Source: a bacterium
GTDB lineage: Bacteria > SZUA-182 > DTGQ01 > JAFGSM01
Reading direction: 5' to 3'
Assembly: GCA_049472315.1 (NCBI GenBank)
Contig: JBLIRN010000003.1
Location: 1-64,000 of the forward strand
DNA: 64,000 nucleotides
Below the pieces are notes generated by a model. The model made no database searches. It saw only the letters and a list, made by a program, of their open reading frames with translations, and was not told the DNA's origin. Below are positions 1 to 10,378 of this stretch, piece after piece; within the stretch, counting starts at the first letter, position 1, and each line of letters starts with the position of its first letter. A program made the position numbers and the translations under genes.

Positions 1-170
1 CCTCGCCTTTTCACCCTTACCGTCACCATATAGCGACGGCGGTATGTTTTCTGTGGCACTTTCCTTAGGGTCGCCCCCACTCCGCGTTACGGAGCACCAT
101 GCCCTGTGGAGCTCGGACTTTCCTCCGCTTCACCGTACAGTGAAACGGCGATCATCTGTGCCTCTTAAGC
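1..170 (-). ncRNA. rnpB: RNase P RNA, 5' portion; the rest lies beyond the window start
   Basis: Reverse complement reads ...GATGATCGCC...GGAGGAAAGTCCGAGCTCCACAGGGC...GGAAAGTGCCACAGAAAACATACCGCC...GGTAAGGGTGAAAAGGCGAGG, the conserved bacterial type A RNase P motifs. The 5' boundary is approximate. Confidence 0.95.
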
Positions 171-213
171 CAACAACTTTATAACCACTATAGTACTTAT
201 TTGCCTCATGGAC

Positions 214-295
214 AACGGGGAAGGGGAATGCGTCTGTGTGCAAGGGAGCCGAAACAAAAGACGCCCCCGCCTTCCTCTAAGATATTGTGCAATTG
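214..295. repeat. Internally deleted copy of a palindromic intergenic element (full copy at 30341-30532)
   Basis: Shares CTGTGTGCAAGGGAGCCGAAACAAAAG and similar terminal inverted arms with 30341-30532. Confidence 0.85.
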
Positions 296-350
296 AGCAA
301 TACACTACAAAGTCGCTCAATAGATGCGGAGGCTTACGCCTCACCGGGCC

Positions 351-1079
351 CTATGCGCCGGTATCTTCAGCCATATAGAACAGGAAACGATGGCAGTTGG
401 GGCACCGGAAGATCCTATCGTCATTTGCCTTTATTTCCTGAAAGAGCTGGGGCATGAGGTGTATGTGGCAGCCGATGCAGGAGCCATCCTTTGCCCGCGA
501 AACGGCGAGTCCCTTTCTGAAATCGATGAGCTTGCTGTATTCCCTGAGCAGATCCTCCTCCACCTTCTCCTCTATGCCGCCCCGCTCACCGGAAAGTGCC
601 TCGATCTCCTTTTCGATCTGGGCAAGCCGGGCGTCGATGCGGGATTTTTCCTCCTCGAACAGCCTCCGCTTTTCCTCCACCTCCTTCTTCTCGTGGCCGA
701 GGGCCGCCTGGACCTCCTCCTGTTGATCGAAAAGGAGGAGTATCGCCTCCTCCTTGCTCGATATCTCCTCCTTGCACTGGTCGATCTCGTGAAGCATGGC
801 GGTGTATTCCTTGTTCGTCTTCACGGAGAGGAGCTGGGTGTTGTATTTACTCAGCTTCGCTTCAATCTCCTCAAGCTCGCGCTCCTTCTTGCGCCGGTCC
901 TTTTCGAGGTCATCCATTTTTTTCTTCGATGACTCCCAGGCATCCACCTCCCTTTGAAAAGCCTGGCGAAGCCGTTCGATTTCTTCGGGCAAGAGGGAAC
1001 GTTCCTTCTCGAGCGCCCCGATGCGGAGATCGATCTCCTGGAGTTGCATCAGGTATTCCAGTTGCTGGTTCAATGGCAT
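351..1079 (-). CDS. Coiled-coil protein with C-terminal C4 zinc ribbon (DUF164/CT398-like)
   Basis: Long E/K-rich coiled coil, then CIGC...CPNCHRFL; usual position after nif3 and before rnpB. Confidence 0.92.
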   Translation of the reverse strand: MPLNQQLEYLMQLQEIDLRIGALEKERSLLPEEIERLRQAFQREVDAWESSKKKMDDLEKDRRKKERELEEIEAKLSKYNTQLLSVKTNKEYTAMLHEIDQCKEEISSKEEAILLLFDQQEEVQAALGHEKKEVEEKRRLFEEEKSRIDARLAQIEKEIEALSGERGGIEEKVEEDLLREYSKLIDFRKGLAVSRAKDGSCIGCHIHLMPQLFQEIKANDDRIFRCPNCHRFLFYMAEDTGA

Positions 1080-1203
1080 CTCCCCCGTTTTTGATGCTCG
1101 TTTAAACGATAGTTTGCAATGTAAACATGGTCATCGGCATCATGGACATCGAACAAATGCTGACGGCCATGATATGGGCGCAGAGGGCAGTGCGTCGCGA
1201 TCC

Positions 1204-2025
1204 TCACGGTGCCTCTCGAAGGGGATCCTGCTGTGACCGTGACGTATGGATGACAACGTCTTTGCCCTGTTCCCGTTCCGACATTATTTTTTCCAGCCGC
1301 TCCTTCAGAAGCGGCACAACGATCCTTTCCGTGGCAAAATGCCCTGCATCGATGAGCGCCATTCCAAGTCCCTGCGCCTCCATCGCTTGATGATACTTGA
1401 CGTCGCCGGTGAGCAACGCATCGGCACCGCAATCAATCGCTTCGTGTATAAGGCTCGCTCCGCTTCCGGAACAAACGGCGATTCTCTGCACCAGCGCATC
1501 CGCGCTTCCAACCATGCGAAGCGATGACGGCGCAAGCTGTTTCCTGAGATCTTCACACATGAGCGAGAGCTTTGTCGGCCGGGCAAGCATGCCGATCCTT
1601 CCAAGCCCTGATTCCTGTTCATGACCCGGGTGCGGCACCAGCGGCGAGACATCCTTCAGACCGACCAGATGCGCGAGCCGGTCGTTAATCCCTCCGGCAG
1701 CCTTATCCAGGTTGGTATGCATGACAAACAGGCCTATTCCTATGCGTATTATATCAAAAATGAGGTTGCAGGGATACCGCCCATGGATCAGCTTGTCCAT
1801 GGGGGTAAAGATAAGCGGATGGTGTGCGATGATCAGGTCTGCGCCGCAGGCCGATGCCTCCTCGATAACGGACCTGGTGCAATCGAGACATACGATAACG
1901 GCCCGTACTTCGGCATCCGCGGTGGGGATGATCTGGGGACCGACATGGTCCCATGACTCAGCCAGGTAGGGTGGGGCGATATCATCAAGGATCTGAAAAA
2001 GGGAATCTCGATCAAGGGCCATCAA
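1204..2025 (-). CDS. Nif3-like dinuclear metal centre protein (YbgI type)
   Basis: AESWDHVG, IIAHHPLIF, MHTNLD, TGDVKYH and DAGHFATE motifs. Confidence 0.93.
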   Translation of the reverse strand: MMALDRDSLFQILDDIAPPYLAESWDHVGPQIIPTADAEVRAVIVCLDCTRSVIEEASACGADLIIAHHPLIFTPMDKLIHGRYPCNLIFDIIRIGIGLFVMHTNLDKAAGGINDRLAHLVGLKDVSPLVPHPGHEQESGLGRIGMLARPTKLSLMCEDLRKQLAPSSLRMVGSADALVQRIAVCSGSGASLIHEAIDCGADALLTGDVKYHQAMEAQGLGMALIDAGHFATERIVVPLLKERLEKIMSEREQGKDVVIHTSRSQQDPLREAP

Positions 2026-2061
2026 CCGCCTCGTGGATCAAAAACACAAAACATATGTCAA

Positions 2062-2134
2062 TGGGCCCACCTGGGTTCGAACCAGGGACCTTCCGGTTAT
2101 GAGCCGGTGGCTCTTCCAACTGAGCTATGGGCCC
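2062..2134 (-). tRNA. tRNA with CAT anticodon, most likely tRNA-Ile2 (lysidine-modified); CCA not encoded
   Basis: GGGCCCATAGCTCAGTTGGAAGAGCCACCGGCTCATAACCGGAAGGTCCCTGGTTCGAACCCAGGTGGGCCCA folds as a cloverleaf. The paired G1-C72 and lack of three G-C anticodon-stem pairs exclude the initiator. Ile2 versus elongator Met is inferred. Confidence 0.93.
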
Positions 2135-2233
2135 TTTATTCCATGGCATAGGGGACGCAGAAGGCGCCCCGCACGAGGATACTATATACGAAAATGGCCT
2201 TCTCGATCAACCTCTCCCGTAATGTGAACGGTA

Positions 2234-3979
2234 TCAGGAGCTGTAAAAGCTTTTCAGATGCTTGCTGCGGCTAGGGTGGCGCAGCTTCCTCAAGGCCTTG
2301 GCCTCGATCTGCCTGATTCTCTCGCGAGTCACATCGAAGTCCTGCCCCACCTCTTCCAGGGTATGTTCGCACATCTCGGCGATACCGAACCTCTTCCGGA
2401 GCACCTTCTCTTCCCGGTAGCTGAGCGTCTGGAGTACCAGGTCCGTTTTATCCTCGAGGTTGATATTGATTACCGAATCGAGAGGGGATTCAGCCCTCTT
2501 GTCCTCGATGAAATCACCCAGATGGGTGTCCTCTTCCTCTCCTATGGGTGTCTCCAGGGAGATCGGCTCCTGGGCGATCTTGAGCACACGTCTGACCTTA
2601 TCCACATCCATATCCATCCGCTCGGAGATCTCCTCAGGGCTCGGTTCCCTGCCGAATTCCTGTACCAGCGCGCGGGAGGTCCTGATCAGCTTATTGATCG
2701 TCTCGATCATGTGCACCGGGATCCGGATGGTCCTGGCCTGATCGGCGATTGCCCTGGTGATCGATTGCCGGATCCACCAGGTGGCATAGGTGCTGAACTT
2801 GTATCCCCGCTTATATTCGAACTTGTCTACCGCCTTCATCAGGCCGATATTCCCCTCCTGGATGAGGTCGAGAAACTGCAGGCCCCTGTTGGTGTACTTC
2901 TTTGCAATGCTCACCACCAGCCTGAGGTTGGCCTCGACGAGCTCCTTTTTGGCGCGATCGGTTTCCTCATGCCCTTCCTCGATCTGCCTGTAGATCTCGC
3001 GAAGCTGGTTCGCGCTCAAGCCGCTCTCCAACTCCACCTTTTTTATTCGTCGCCGGGCATTTTGGATGGTCCTTTCGAAGCAGAGCAATTCATCGAGCGA
3101 AAAGGGGACCGTGTAGGGAACCTCCTCGTTCTTTTTGACCCTCCGAATGTAATCCCGCACCTCGACAAAGGTTAAGCACATCTGATCCTCGCAGGCCTTT
3201 ATTTCCACAAGGGAATGATCCAGGTGATCCAGAAAGAGTTTGATCTTCTCGGCGATTTGCGCGATCTGCCGCGAATCGAGAGGGATCATCCGGACCATTT
3301 TGGTCACCTCATGGCGCCGCGCCTTTATATCGTTGGCCAGGACCTTCTTCTCCGCAATCGCAAGCCCCTTTCGGTTTCGCTCCTTCTGCAGGTATTCGAT
3401 CTCCCCCTCAATGCCCTCGATTCCTTCTATGATATCGATGTATTTGCAGATGTCATCCTTCTGCAGCGATATATCGATGGCGATATCATCATCCTGCACG
3501 GTCTGCTCGCGTTTATCCTGCATCAATCGTTCCTTAAACCCGATCAGTTCCCGGCTGGCGATAGGGGTTTGCGTAATGGCCTTGAGCATCTTCAAACGGC
3601 CCGATTCGATCCGTTTTGCAATACTCACCTCGTCTTCTCTCGTCAAGAGCGGGACCATGCCCATTTCCCTGAGATACATCCTGACCGGGTCATCAGTTCG
3701 ACCAAGATACTCTGAAGCGAGTTCCGCTTCCGCGATGTCCAGAGAATCCAATTTTTCCTCTGGTTCCAGGGTTTCGGCCATATATTTCGATTTTTCGTCC
3801 TGATCGATGACATTGATGTCCATGCCGTCCAGCATAATAAAGACATTATCGAGATCCGTTGAGGAGACGAAATCTTCGGGCAAAGAATCATTGAGTTCAT
3901 CGTAGGTCAGATATCCCTTTTCCTTCCCCATGATGATCAGCTGATCCTTTACCTGGGCCAATTTCCCTTCAGACGACAT
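2234..3979 (-). CDS. rpoD: RNA polymerase primary sigma factor sigma70
   Basis: Region 1.1, [56 protein letters not shown]. Confidence 0.99.
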   Translation of the reverse strand: MSSEGKLAQVKDQLIIMGKEKGYLTYDELNDSLPEDFVSSTDLDNVFIMLDGMDINVIDQDEKSKYMAETLEPEEKLDSLDIAEAELASEYLGRTDDPVRMYLREMGMVPLLTREDEVSIAKRIESGRLKMLKAITQTPIASRELIGFKERLMQDKREQTVQDDDIAIDISLQKDDICKYIDIIEGIEGIEGEIEYLQKERNRKGLAIAEKKVLANDIKARRHEVTKMVRMIPLDSRQIAQIAEKIKLFLDHLDHSLVEIKACEDQMCLTFVEVRDYIRRVKKNEEVPYTVPFSLDELLCFERTIQNARRRIKKVELESGLSANQLREIYRQIEEGHEETDRAKKELVEANLRLVVSIAKKYTNRGLQFLDLIQEGNIGLMKAVDKFEYKRGYKFSTYATWWIRQSITRAIADQARTIRIPVHMIETINKLIRTSRALVQEFGREPSPEEISERMDMDVDKVRRVLKIAQEPISLETPIGEEEDTHLGDFIEDKRAESPLDSVININLEDKTDLVLQTLSYREEKVLRKRFGIAEMCEHTLEEVGQDFDVTRERIRQIEAKALRKLRHPSRSKHLKSFYSS

Positions 3980-4094
3980 TTTGACTCCTTTCCTAACGTC
4001 GATGTATTGTTATGGCGTTGTATAGGTTTGAAACCTACGCATAACATAAGATAGCATAATTCCACATTCATTGAATTTCAGAACAATACTCCCC

Positions 4095-5876
4095 CTACGC
4101 TCCCTCGAGTGTGCATGCATCCATCTTGAGGCGGCGATACTCGCTCAAAAGGAGATTCTCTTCCTCCCTTGACAATGCCGTGGAATCCAATTTTTTCCTG
4201 ATTTCATTCAGCTGCTCGTAAATCCTGCCCTGGCGAAGGCCTTTGAGAAAATCACGCACCGCTTGCTCGGTATCCTCAAATGCCTCGGTGCCAATCATGA
4301 CCTGAGATATCAAATCCTTTTTTCTCTCTGAATCCACCTCCATGAGAAATGATCGGGGCTCCACAGGGATTCCCTGCCGCCAGTGATCCAATATCATGCC
4401 GGCCAGTTCCCTGAGATCCGGGTTTCTGAAATCCGATACATCCACGTTTTGAAGCATGGTACTCGAAGGGCTTCCTAACTCGAATGCGAGTTTGATAAAG
4501 AGCCTTTCCACACAGTCCCTTCGCGATGGAGGGGAAAAGTCCTGCGGTCTGAGGGATGGTCGGCCCTGCCGCCCCTTCGTGGGTCCTTGTACCTGTCTGA
4601 GGCGCTCTCTCATGGCCTCCTCTGAAATACCCAGCCTTTGGGCGGTATACCGGATGTATCCATCCCGTTCGAGGGGATTTCTCATCCGTGCAAGAAAATG
4701 GATAATCTGGTCGATTTTCTCCGACTTCTCCTGTGCCATCACCTCCCCCCCAAGTAGCCCATGACTCTTCAGCAAAAAGTCAATAATTGGTTGGGCCTGG
4801 TCAATGGCCCGGGCAAAACCCTCCCTGCCCGATTCCCTGACCAGGTTGTCGGGATCCTTGCCCGATGGCAGCGTGGCCACTCGTGCTTGTATCCCTTCCT
4901 CACAAAAGATCTCAGTTCCTCGCTGCGCCGCTTTAACGCCGGCCATATCGGAATCAAACACCAGGATGACCTCGTTGGCATACCTCTTCAAGAGGCGAAC
5001 GTGGTAAACGGTCATGGCGGTTCCAAGGGCGGCCACCACATTGGTGAAACCTGCCTGGTGGAGGGTGAGGAGATCCATATACCCTTCAACAACGATTGCC
5101 TGCCCTGTTTGGCGGATGGCCTCCTTCGCATAATCCAAACCATAGAGGATATGCCCCTTGGAATAGGCAGGGGTCTCCGGTGAATTGAGATATTTCGGCC
5201 CTTCATCCGCCGCGATGATCGACCTCCCGCCGAATCCGCATATATCGCCGTACATGGTGCGGATAGGGAATATGACGCGGTTCCTGAAGCGATCATAGAA
5301 CCCGGTTCCGCTTTGCCTTGGGCAGATGAGTCCGGCCAGGAGGAGCATCTGGGTGGAGAAGTGTTTTTTCAGGTGTGAAAAAAGCCCCTCCCAGGAATCA
5401 ATGGCATAGCCCAGGCCGAACCGCTTGATGAGGTCGTCTTCAAGCCCCCGTGACCTCAGGTACTCAATGCCGCCTTTTCCCGACCATAACCTTTTTTCAA
5501 AATAGCGTTGGGCGTGCTTGTTGATTTCAAAGATCTGTTGCTTTTCGCTCGCGTGGATATCCCCCTTGTTCCCCTTTGCAGCCGGTATCGATATGCCGCA
5601 CCTTCTGGCCAGATGCTCCATTGCCTCCATAAAGGTGATGCCTTCCTTTTTCATTAAAAAGGTGAAGGCATCCCCGCCGGTGTGACAGCCGAAGCAATAA
5701 AAGAACTGCTTCTCTTTATCCACATGGAACGATGGGGTCTTTTCAGGGTGAAAGGGGCACAGCCCCTTGTATCTCCGCCCCGCCTTTTTCAGGTCGACGT
5801 ACTCGGATACGATGTCGAGGATATCCACCCTTTGCAGTATTTCCTCTTTTATCCCGTTATTGGGCGACATGGTCAT
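4095..5876 (-). CDS. dnaG: DNA primase
   Basis: CPFHPEKTPSF zinc finger, PKYLNSPET, VVEGYMD, DSDMAG TOPRIM; start at 5876 or 5870. Confidence 0.98.
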   Translation of the reverse strand: MTMSPNNGIKEEILQRVDILDIVSEYVDLKKAGRRYKGLCPFHPEKTPSFHVDKEKQFFYCFGCHTGGDAFTFLMKKEGITFMEAMEHLARRCGISIPAAKGNKGDIHASEKQQIFEINKHAQRYFEKRLWSGKGGIEYLRSRGLEDDLIKRFGLGYAIDSWEGLFSHLKKHFSTQMLLLAGLICPRQSGTGFYDRFRNRVIFPIRTMYGDICGFGGRSIIAADEGPKYLNSPETPAYSKGHILYGLDYAKEAIRQTGQAIVVEGYMDLLTLHQAGFTNVVAALGTAMTVYHVRLLKRYANEVILVFDSDMAGVKAAQRGTEIFCEEGIQARVATLPSGKDPDNLVRESGREGFARAIDQAQPIIDFLLKSHGLLGGEVMAQEKSEKIDQIIHFLARMRNPLERDGYIRYTAQRLGISEEAMRERLRQVQGPTKGRQGRPSLRPQDFSPPSRRDCVERLFIKLAFELGSPSSTMLQNVDVSDFRNPDLRELAGMILDHWRQGIPVEPRSFLMEVDSERKKDLISQVMIGTEAFEDTEQAVRDFLKGLRQGRIYEQLNEIRKKLDSTALSREEENLLLSEYRRLKMDACTLEGA

Positions 5877-5883
5877 CACTCCG

Positions 5884-8265
5884 TTACGCAATCAGTTCCA
5901 CAACGGTGACCCCGGTTCCCCCCTCGTGCATGGTTCCGCTTCGAAATGAGGCCACCTGCGGGTGGGAACGCAGAAATTCCTCAACCGCTCGTTTGAGTGC
6001 CCCGGTCCCCTTCCCATGGATTATGGAGACCGATGAGAGATGGGCACAAACCGCATTGTCGATATATTTATCGATCTGGAGAAGGGCATCCTCAACCTTC
6101 TGGCCGATAACCACCAGCCTGGTGCTTACCTCGTCGGTGGACACGGGGGCGGTAACGAGCACCGTACCGTGTGATGATGGTGCCTCCCTTCGCTCCTCCA
6201 CCGGAAGCAATTCAGTTGAATCCACCTGCAGCTTCAGGGACCCGATCATGACCCATACCTTTTTTTCCGAGCGGTCCACCCGGCTTACCGTGCCCTTTTC
6301 CTTGAGCGCGGGGAGGTACACCGGCTGGCCGATCGATACACTCTCGATCCTCATCCCCTTCTGCCGTGCCGGCGGGGAAAAGGGAGGGATGTAGTGCCGC
6401 CCCACCTCCCTGATTGCCCTATGCGCCGTCTTGATAACCGGGGTCGTGGGCGTCGACTGCCTCAATTCCGCGACAATCCGTTCGATTTCCTTGCGGGCCT
6501 TATCGATAAGGGGCTGAATGCCGTGCCGGGCATCCGCGGCCATCCTGGCCTCCCTTTCCTGAATGCCTTCGAGGAGGCGATGGTATCGCTCCTTCATCAG
6601 GGCGATGTCGGTCCTCATCTCCTGTTGTTGCACCTGCTCCTCCCTGAGCCGTTGTTCGGTCCGCTCGAGTGACCCGATGAGTTTCTCGAGGTGGACCTCG
6701 CCTGCACCCATGATGTGCCGGGCATTTTCAAGGATTTCCCGTGGCAGCCCCAACGTGGCGGCAATCCCCAGGGCGTTGCTGCTTCCCGGGTAGCCTATGT
6801 GTAGCTGAAACGTGGGCGCCCTTTTTTCCGGATCGAATCCCATCGATGCATTCGCTATATCGGGGGCGTTCGTGGCGGCGTAGGCCTTGAGGCCGTTATG
6901 ATGCGTAGTCACCAGACACAGCGCCCCTTTCTCGAGGATATATTCCAGCACCGCTATTCCCAGGGCAGCGCCTTCCGTGGGGTTCGTGTCGGAGCCCAGT
7001 TCGTCAAACAGTACAATGCTTCGGGGGCCCACCCTTTTCAGCACCCGGGCGATATTCCTGATATGGGAGGAAAAGGAGGAAAGATCCCTGGTGATATCCT
7101 GCTCATCGCCTATATCCGCCAGGATCTCGTCAAATATGCCCAATTCGCTTCCCTCCCTGACAGGGATATGCAGTCCCGATTGCATCATGGCAAGGAGGAG
7201 GCCGACCATTTTCAGGGTGACGGTCTTTCCTCCGGTATTGGGTCCGCTGATGACCAGTGCCCTGGTTCCCCCATGCAACTCGAGATCGATTCCTACCGGC
7301 TTCGTGCCCATCCCAGGCGTATCCATATGCCTGAAGATGAGGAGGGCGTGCCGTGCCTCCTTGAGCTTGATCACCGGATCGTTGCTGATGACCGGGGCAA
7401 TACCCCCTATGGCCTGACTGAACAACGCCTTTGCCTGAAGGAAGTCCAATCCCGTCAGGATGTGGAGATCGACGGTAAGGACCTCCCTGTGCTGTGCCAC
7501 CATGGCGGTCAATTCCAGGAGCACCTTTCTGATCTCTTCCCTTTCCCGGATTTTGAGCCGGCGATAGCTGTTTTGGGCCTCCACCGAGATCATCGGCTCG
7601 ATGAAGAGCGTGGCGCCGCTGCCCGATTCATCGTGTATGATGCCCTGTATGCTCCCCTTTTTGCTTGCCTTTACCGGGATGACATAGCGCTCGTTTCGGA
7701 TCGTGATAAAATCGCCCTGGAGCGCCTTTTGATCACCTTTATGTACAATGCCCTCCAAGAGGGCAATAATCCCCTCCTTCTCCCTGCGCAACTGCTTTCG
7801 AATCCGTGCCAGGGCCGGACTGGCCGCATCCTTGATCTCCCCTGAAGGATCCAGGCAGTCATCCAACCGCTGTCGGAGATGTTCCGGTGAAACAAGGCCC
7901 TCCTTGAACGGTTCGAGGGTCGGCGCGCCCTCAACGGCCCGGGACAGCCACTGAGCGACCGCACGGCTTAGGTTCACAAATGCGGCGATCTCCAGCAATT
8001 CGGGAACTTCCAGGGCAGTACCTGTCAGGGCCGCCTTGGACAGGTGAGGAGCGATATCCCTGAGGTCCCCCAGGGGGAGCCGGCCGAATATGGACACCGC
8101 CTCCCGTGCCTCCTGTACCTGACGGAGGTCATGTTCGATGACCCCTTTGTCCACGATGGGGATGATGTTCAGGCATCGGGCCCTGCCTGGATCAGAACAG
8201 GCAAATGAGGCCAGCCGCGCCTTAACCGCCTTAAATTCAAGTACTTCTAAGGAATGATGGTCCAT
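5884..8265 (-). CDS. mutS2: Endonuclease MutS2 with C-terminal Smr domain
   Basis: ISGPNTGGKT Walker A, ADIGDEQ, DELGSDTNP, IIHGKGTGAL Smr; start moved to MDHHSLEVLEF. Confidence 0.96.
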   Translation of the reverse strand: MDHHSLEVLEFKAVKARLASFACSDPGRARCLNIIPIVDKGVIEHDLRQVQEAREAVSIFGRLPLGDLRDIAPHLSKAALTGTALEVPELLEIAAFVNLSRAVAQWLSRAVEGAPTLEPFKEGLVSPEHLRQRLDDCLDPSGEIKDAASPALARIRKQLRREKEGIIALLEGIVHKGDQKALQGDFITIRNERYVIPVKASKKGSIQGIIHDESGSGATLFIEPMISVEAQNSYRRLKIREREEIRKVLLELTAMVAQHREVLTVDLHILTGLDFLQAKALFSQAIGGIAPVISNDPVIKLKEARHALLIFRHMDTPGMGTKPVGIDLELHGGTRALVISGPNTGGKTVTLKMVGLLLAMMQSGLHIPVREGSELGIFDEILADIGDEQDITRDLSSFSSHIRNIARVLKRVGPRSIVLFDELGSDTNPTEGAALGIAVLEYILEKGALCLVTTHHNGLKAYAATNAPDIANASMGFDPEKRAPTFQLHIGYPGSSNALGIAATLGLPREILENARHIMGAGEVHLEKLIGSLERTEQRLREEQVQQQEMRTDIALMKERYHRLLEGIQEREARMAADARHGIQPLIDKARKEIERIVAELRQSTPTTPVIKTAHRAIREVGRHYIPPFSPPARQKGMRIESVSIGQPVYLPALKEKGTVSRVDRSEKKVWVMIGSLKLQVDSTELLPVEERREAPSSHGTVLVTAPVSTDEVSTRLVVIGQKVEDALLQIDKYIDNAVCAHLSSVSIIHGKGTGALKRAVEEFLRSHPQVASFRSGTMHEGGTGVTVVELIA

Positions 8266-8284
8266 GGTGCAATCGGTGGATACG

Positions 8285-9241
8285 TCAGTTCCTCGAATGA
8301 TAAACGTAACCGGAACACGGTACGATTTCCAGGTCCCCCTGCGTGCGCACCTGATCAAACATGAGGTTCATCCCCAGGCTGTCGCTCCCGATGTGGCCAG
8401 CGATCACTACATTGAGATGGTTGGCCTCTGCCTCCTTTTTGTGTTCCTCACTCATATGCATGGCAACAATCGTTCCGAACCCCTCCTGTGCCAGGCGCTG
8501 GTAGATTTCCTTCGATCCTTCGGTTCCCCCGGTCATGTCCACAAGAATTCTCCCGCATCGCCTGGTCGCACTTCCCACCAGTATCTGAGGCCCCGCGTTG
8601 ATCATGGCCTGATCTTGATATTCCGGGATGTCGAGGAGTATATCGATGATATCACCCATCCAATAGGGTCTTTTATCCTCGAAAAGACGCCGAAGATAGG
8701 CATACACCGCATTGTCCGCAGGGGTATGGCAGCACAGGAACGGCATATCAAGGAGCCGGGCTGCCATGACCGCCCGGTTGTGATTCACCGGCATGATCTT
8801 CCGGGCGACCTCCTTCATCCTCTCATCGAGAAGGGCCTCGGCAACGGTAACGGAGACACCGAACTGGTTCAGCAGATCGGTCTGCAAGGTCATGACCCGG
8901 TAAAAGGCTGCAAGGGCGACTCCTTCCGGGTGGTGCGCAATGACGGCATCGATTGGTATTCCTCTTTCCTTCACTTTTTCAGCCAAGAGGATTTCACCGA
9001 CCTCGATATCTATCCCGGCCAGAACAGTGCGAATATCGCTCTCGAGATCACCATGGAGTATCCGGGTATCGGCATACGGATTGTGGAGCCTGTCGCGATC
9101 GAACCGGGCCTTGTCGCGATCCTTGATCTCTTCGTATTCCTTGTGCGATGCCTCCAGGGCCTTTTGTATTCCTTCCTCGCCCCGGGGGTCGTTTTGTATG
9201 CCGATTCGTATGATACTCTCGTATATCTGACTAAGCCGCAT
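8285..9241 (-). CDS. Second, divergent NIF3-like protein
   Basis: NPYADTRIL, AGIDIE, IAHHPEG, CHTPADN, DMTGGTEG, AGHIGSDSLGMN. Confidence 0.85.
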   Translation of the reverse strand: MRLSQIYESIIRIGIQNDPRGEEGIQKALEASHKEYEEIKDRDKARFDRDRLHNPYADTRILHGDLESDIRTVLAGIDIEVGEILLAEKVKERGIPIDAVIAHHPEGVALAAFYRVMTLQTDLLNQFGVSVTVAEALLDERMKEVARKIMPVNHNRAVMAARLLDMPFLCCHTPADNAVYAYLRRLFEDKRPYWMGDIIDILLDIPEYQDQAMINAGPQILVGSATRRCGRILVDMTGGTEGSKEIYQRLAQEGFGTIVAMHMSEEHKKEAEANHLNVVIAGHIGSDSLGMNLMFDQVRTQGDLEIVPCSGYVYHSRN

Positions 9242-9436
9242 GAGCGTCAATGCAGGGTAAACATGTCAAACTGGGTAAAAAAAAGGACTCGGGTGGTTCA
9301 GGACCCGAATCCTTACCATTATGCAATGTGAAATTATCTTCTCCTGGAAAAATGGCCTCGCACCGTGCTATAAGGTAGCGTCTACAACTTCGTTTATACA
9401 ACGAAAAAATGACGAACAACACGCGCTATTCGGTAA

Positions 9437-9622
9437 TTAGTATCGCCTCCTCAGAGACTTTTTCTTCGCTGCTAATGCCTTCCTTTTCTTCCTGGTGCTT
9501 GGTTTCTCGTAGTGCTCTCTCTTCTTGTATTCCGCCAAGATTCCTGCCTTCTCACTGGTCTTCTTGAAGCGTTTAAGCAGGCTCTCAAAGGACTCGTCCT
9601 CTTTCGGCCTTATAACAGGCAA
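9437..9622 (-). CDS. rpsU: 30S ribosomal protein S21
   Basis: ESLLKRFKK...[19 protein letters not shown] start after GGAGGGAGG. Confidence 0.97.
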   Translation of the reverse strand: MPVIRPKEDESFESLLKRFKKTSEKAGILAEYKKREHYEKPSTRKKRKALAAKKKSLRRRY

Positions 9623-9717
9623 TCATTATCCCTCCCTCCGCAGTGTTTTATTGTCTGGTGGACGTGGACCTTCTTAAAGAATTTAAAACTTAATTATATA
9701 CGGAATTCACTTTAAAG

Positions 9718-10074
9718 TCAAGGAAAATCCGTTTCCAATGATCGATAAAAACAGGTCCTATTCCCTGTATGGCATGCCGCCCCTATCTGTTCAACCTTGA
9801 AAAGCAAGGTATCCATGTCGCAGTCGAAGAACACCTCCTTTATTCGCTGGATATGACCGGACGTCTCACCCTTGGGCCAGATGCATTGCCGCGAACGGCT
9901 CCAGAAAACCGTCCTTCCCGTCTTGAGCGTCTCGATGAGCGAGTCCCGATTCATGTATGCCATCATGAGTACCTGTCCATTTTCAGCGTCTTGAATGATC
10001 GCCGGGACAAGCCCCTTTTCATCATATTTGATGCCCGAGACGAAACGCTCTGCATCCTGTGCCGTTCGCATCAT
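9718..10074 (-). CDS. hisI: Phosphoribosyl-AMP cyclohydrolase
   Basis: [41 protein letters not shown]. Confidence 0.96.
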   Translation of the reverse strand: MMRTAQDAERFVSGIKYDEKGLVPAIIQDAENGQVLMMAYMNRDSLIETLKTGRTVFWSRSRQCIWPKGETSGHIQRIKEVFFDCDMDTLLFKVEQIGAACHTGNRTCFYRSLETDFP

Positions 10075-10286
10075 ATAGTACCCTTCCGTTTGTCCGATTC
10101 AATTAAAAAGACAGCGTTTACCGGACACAATTACGTCGTTACTATCGAATCGCTTTGAGATAGATTTATACGAAAGAAAGGAATTGAAATGCAACAAAGA
10201 AACTGATATAAACGCCGTATAATTTTATTAAAAGTAGTATAGAAAGCCCTACACTTCCCGCAACCTCGTTATTATTAACTAATATT

Positions 10287-10315
10287 ATAATACCAGATAT
10301 TGACAATGCTGTCAA
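10287..10315 (-). promoter_or_regulatory. sigma70-type promoter upstream of hisI, inside a palindrome
   Basis: Minus strand TTGACA-N17-TATTAT with TG extension; the -35 is one arm of ATTGACA-ATGC-TGTCAAT (10299-10316). Confidence 0.6.
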
Positions 10316-10378
10316 TGTGAATACATCAATTCCATTGCACACTTTCACTCCCTTTCCAGGACAGAGGGATACACGACA

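Noticed and set aside
10075..10286. His leader peptide upstream of hisI
   Set aside because: No His-codon run or terminator/antiterminator seen
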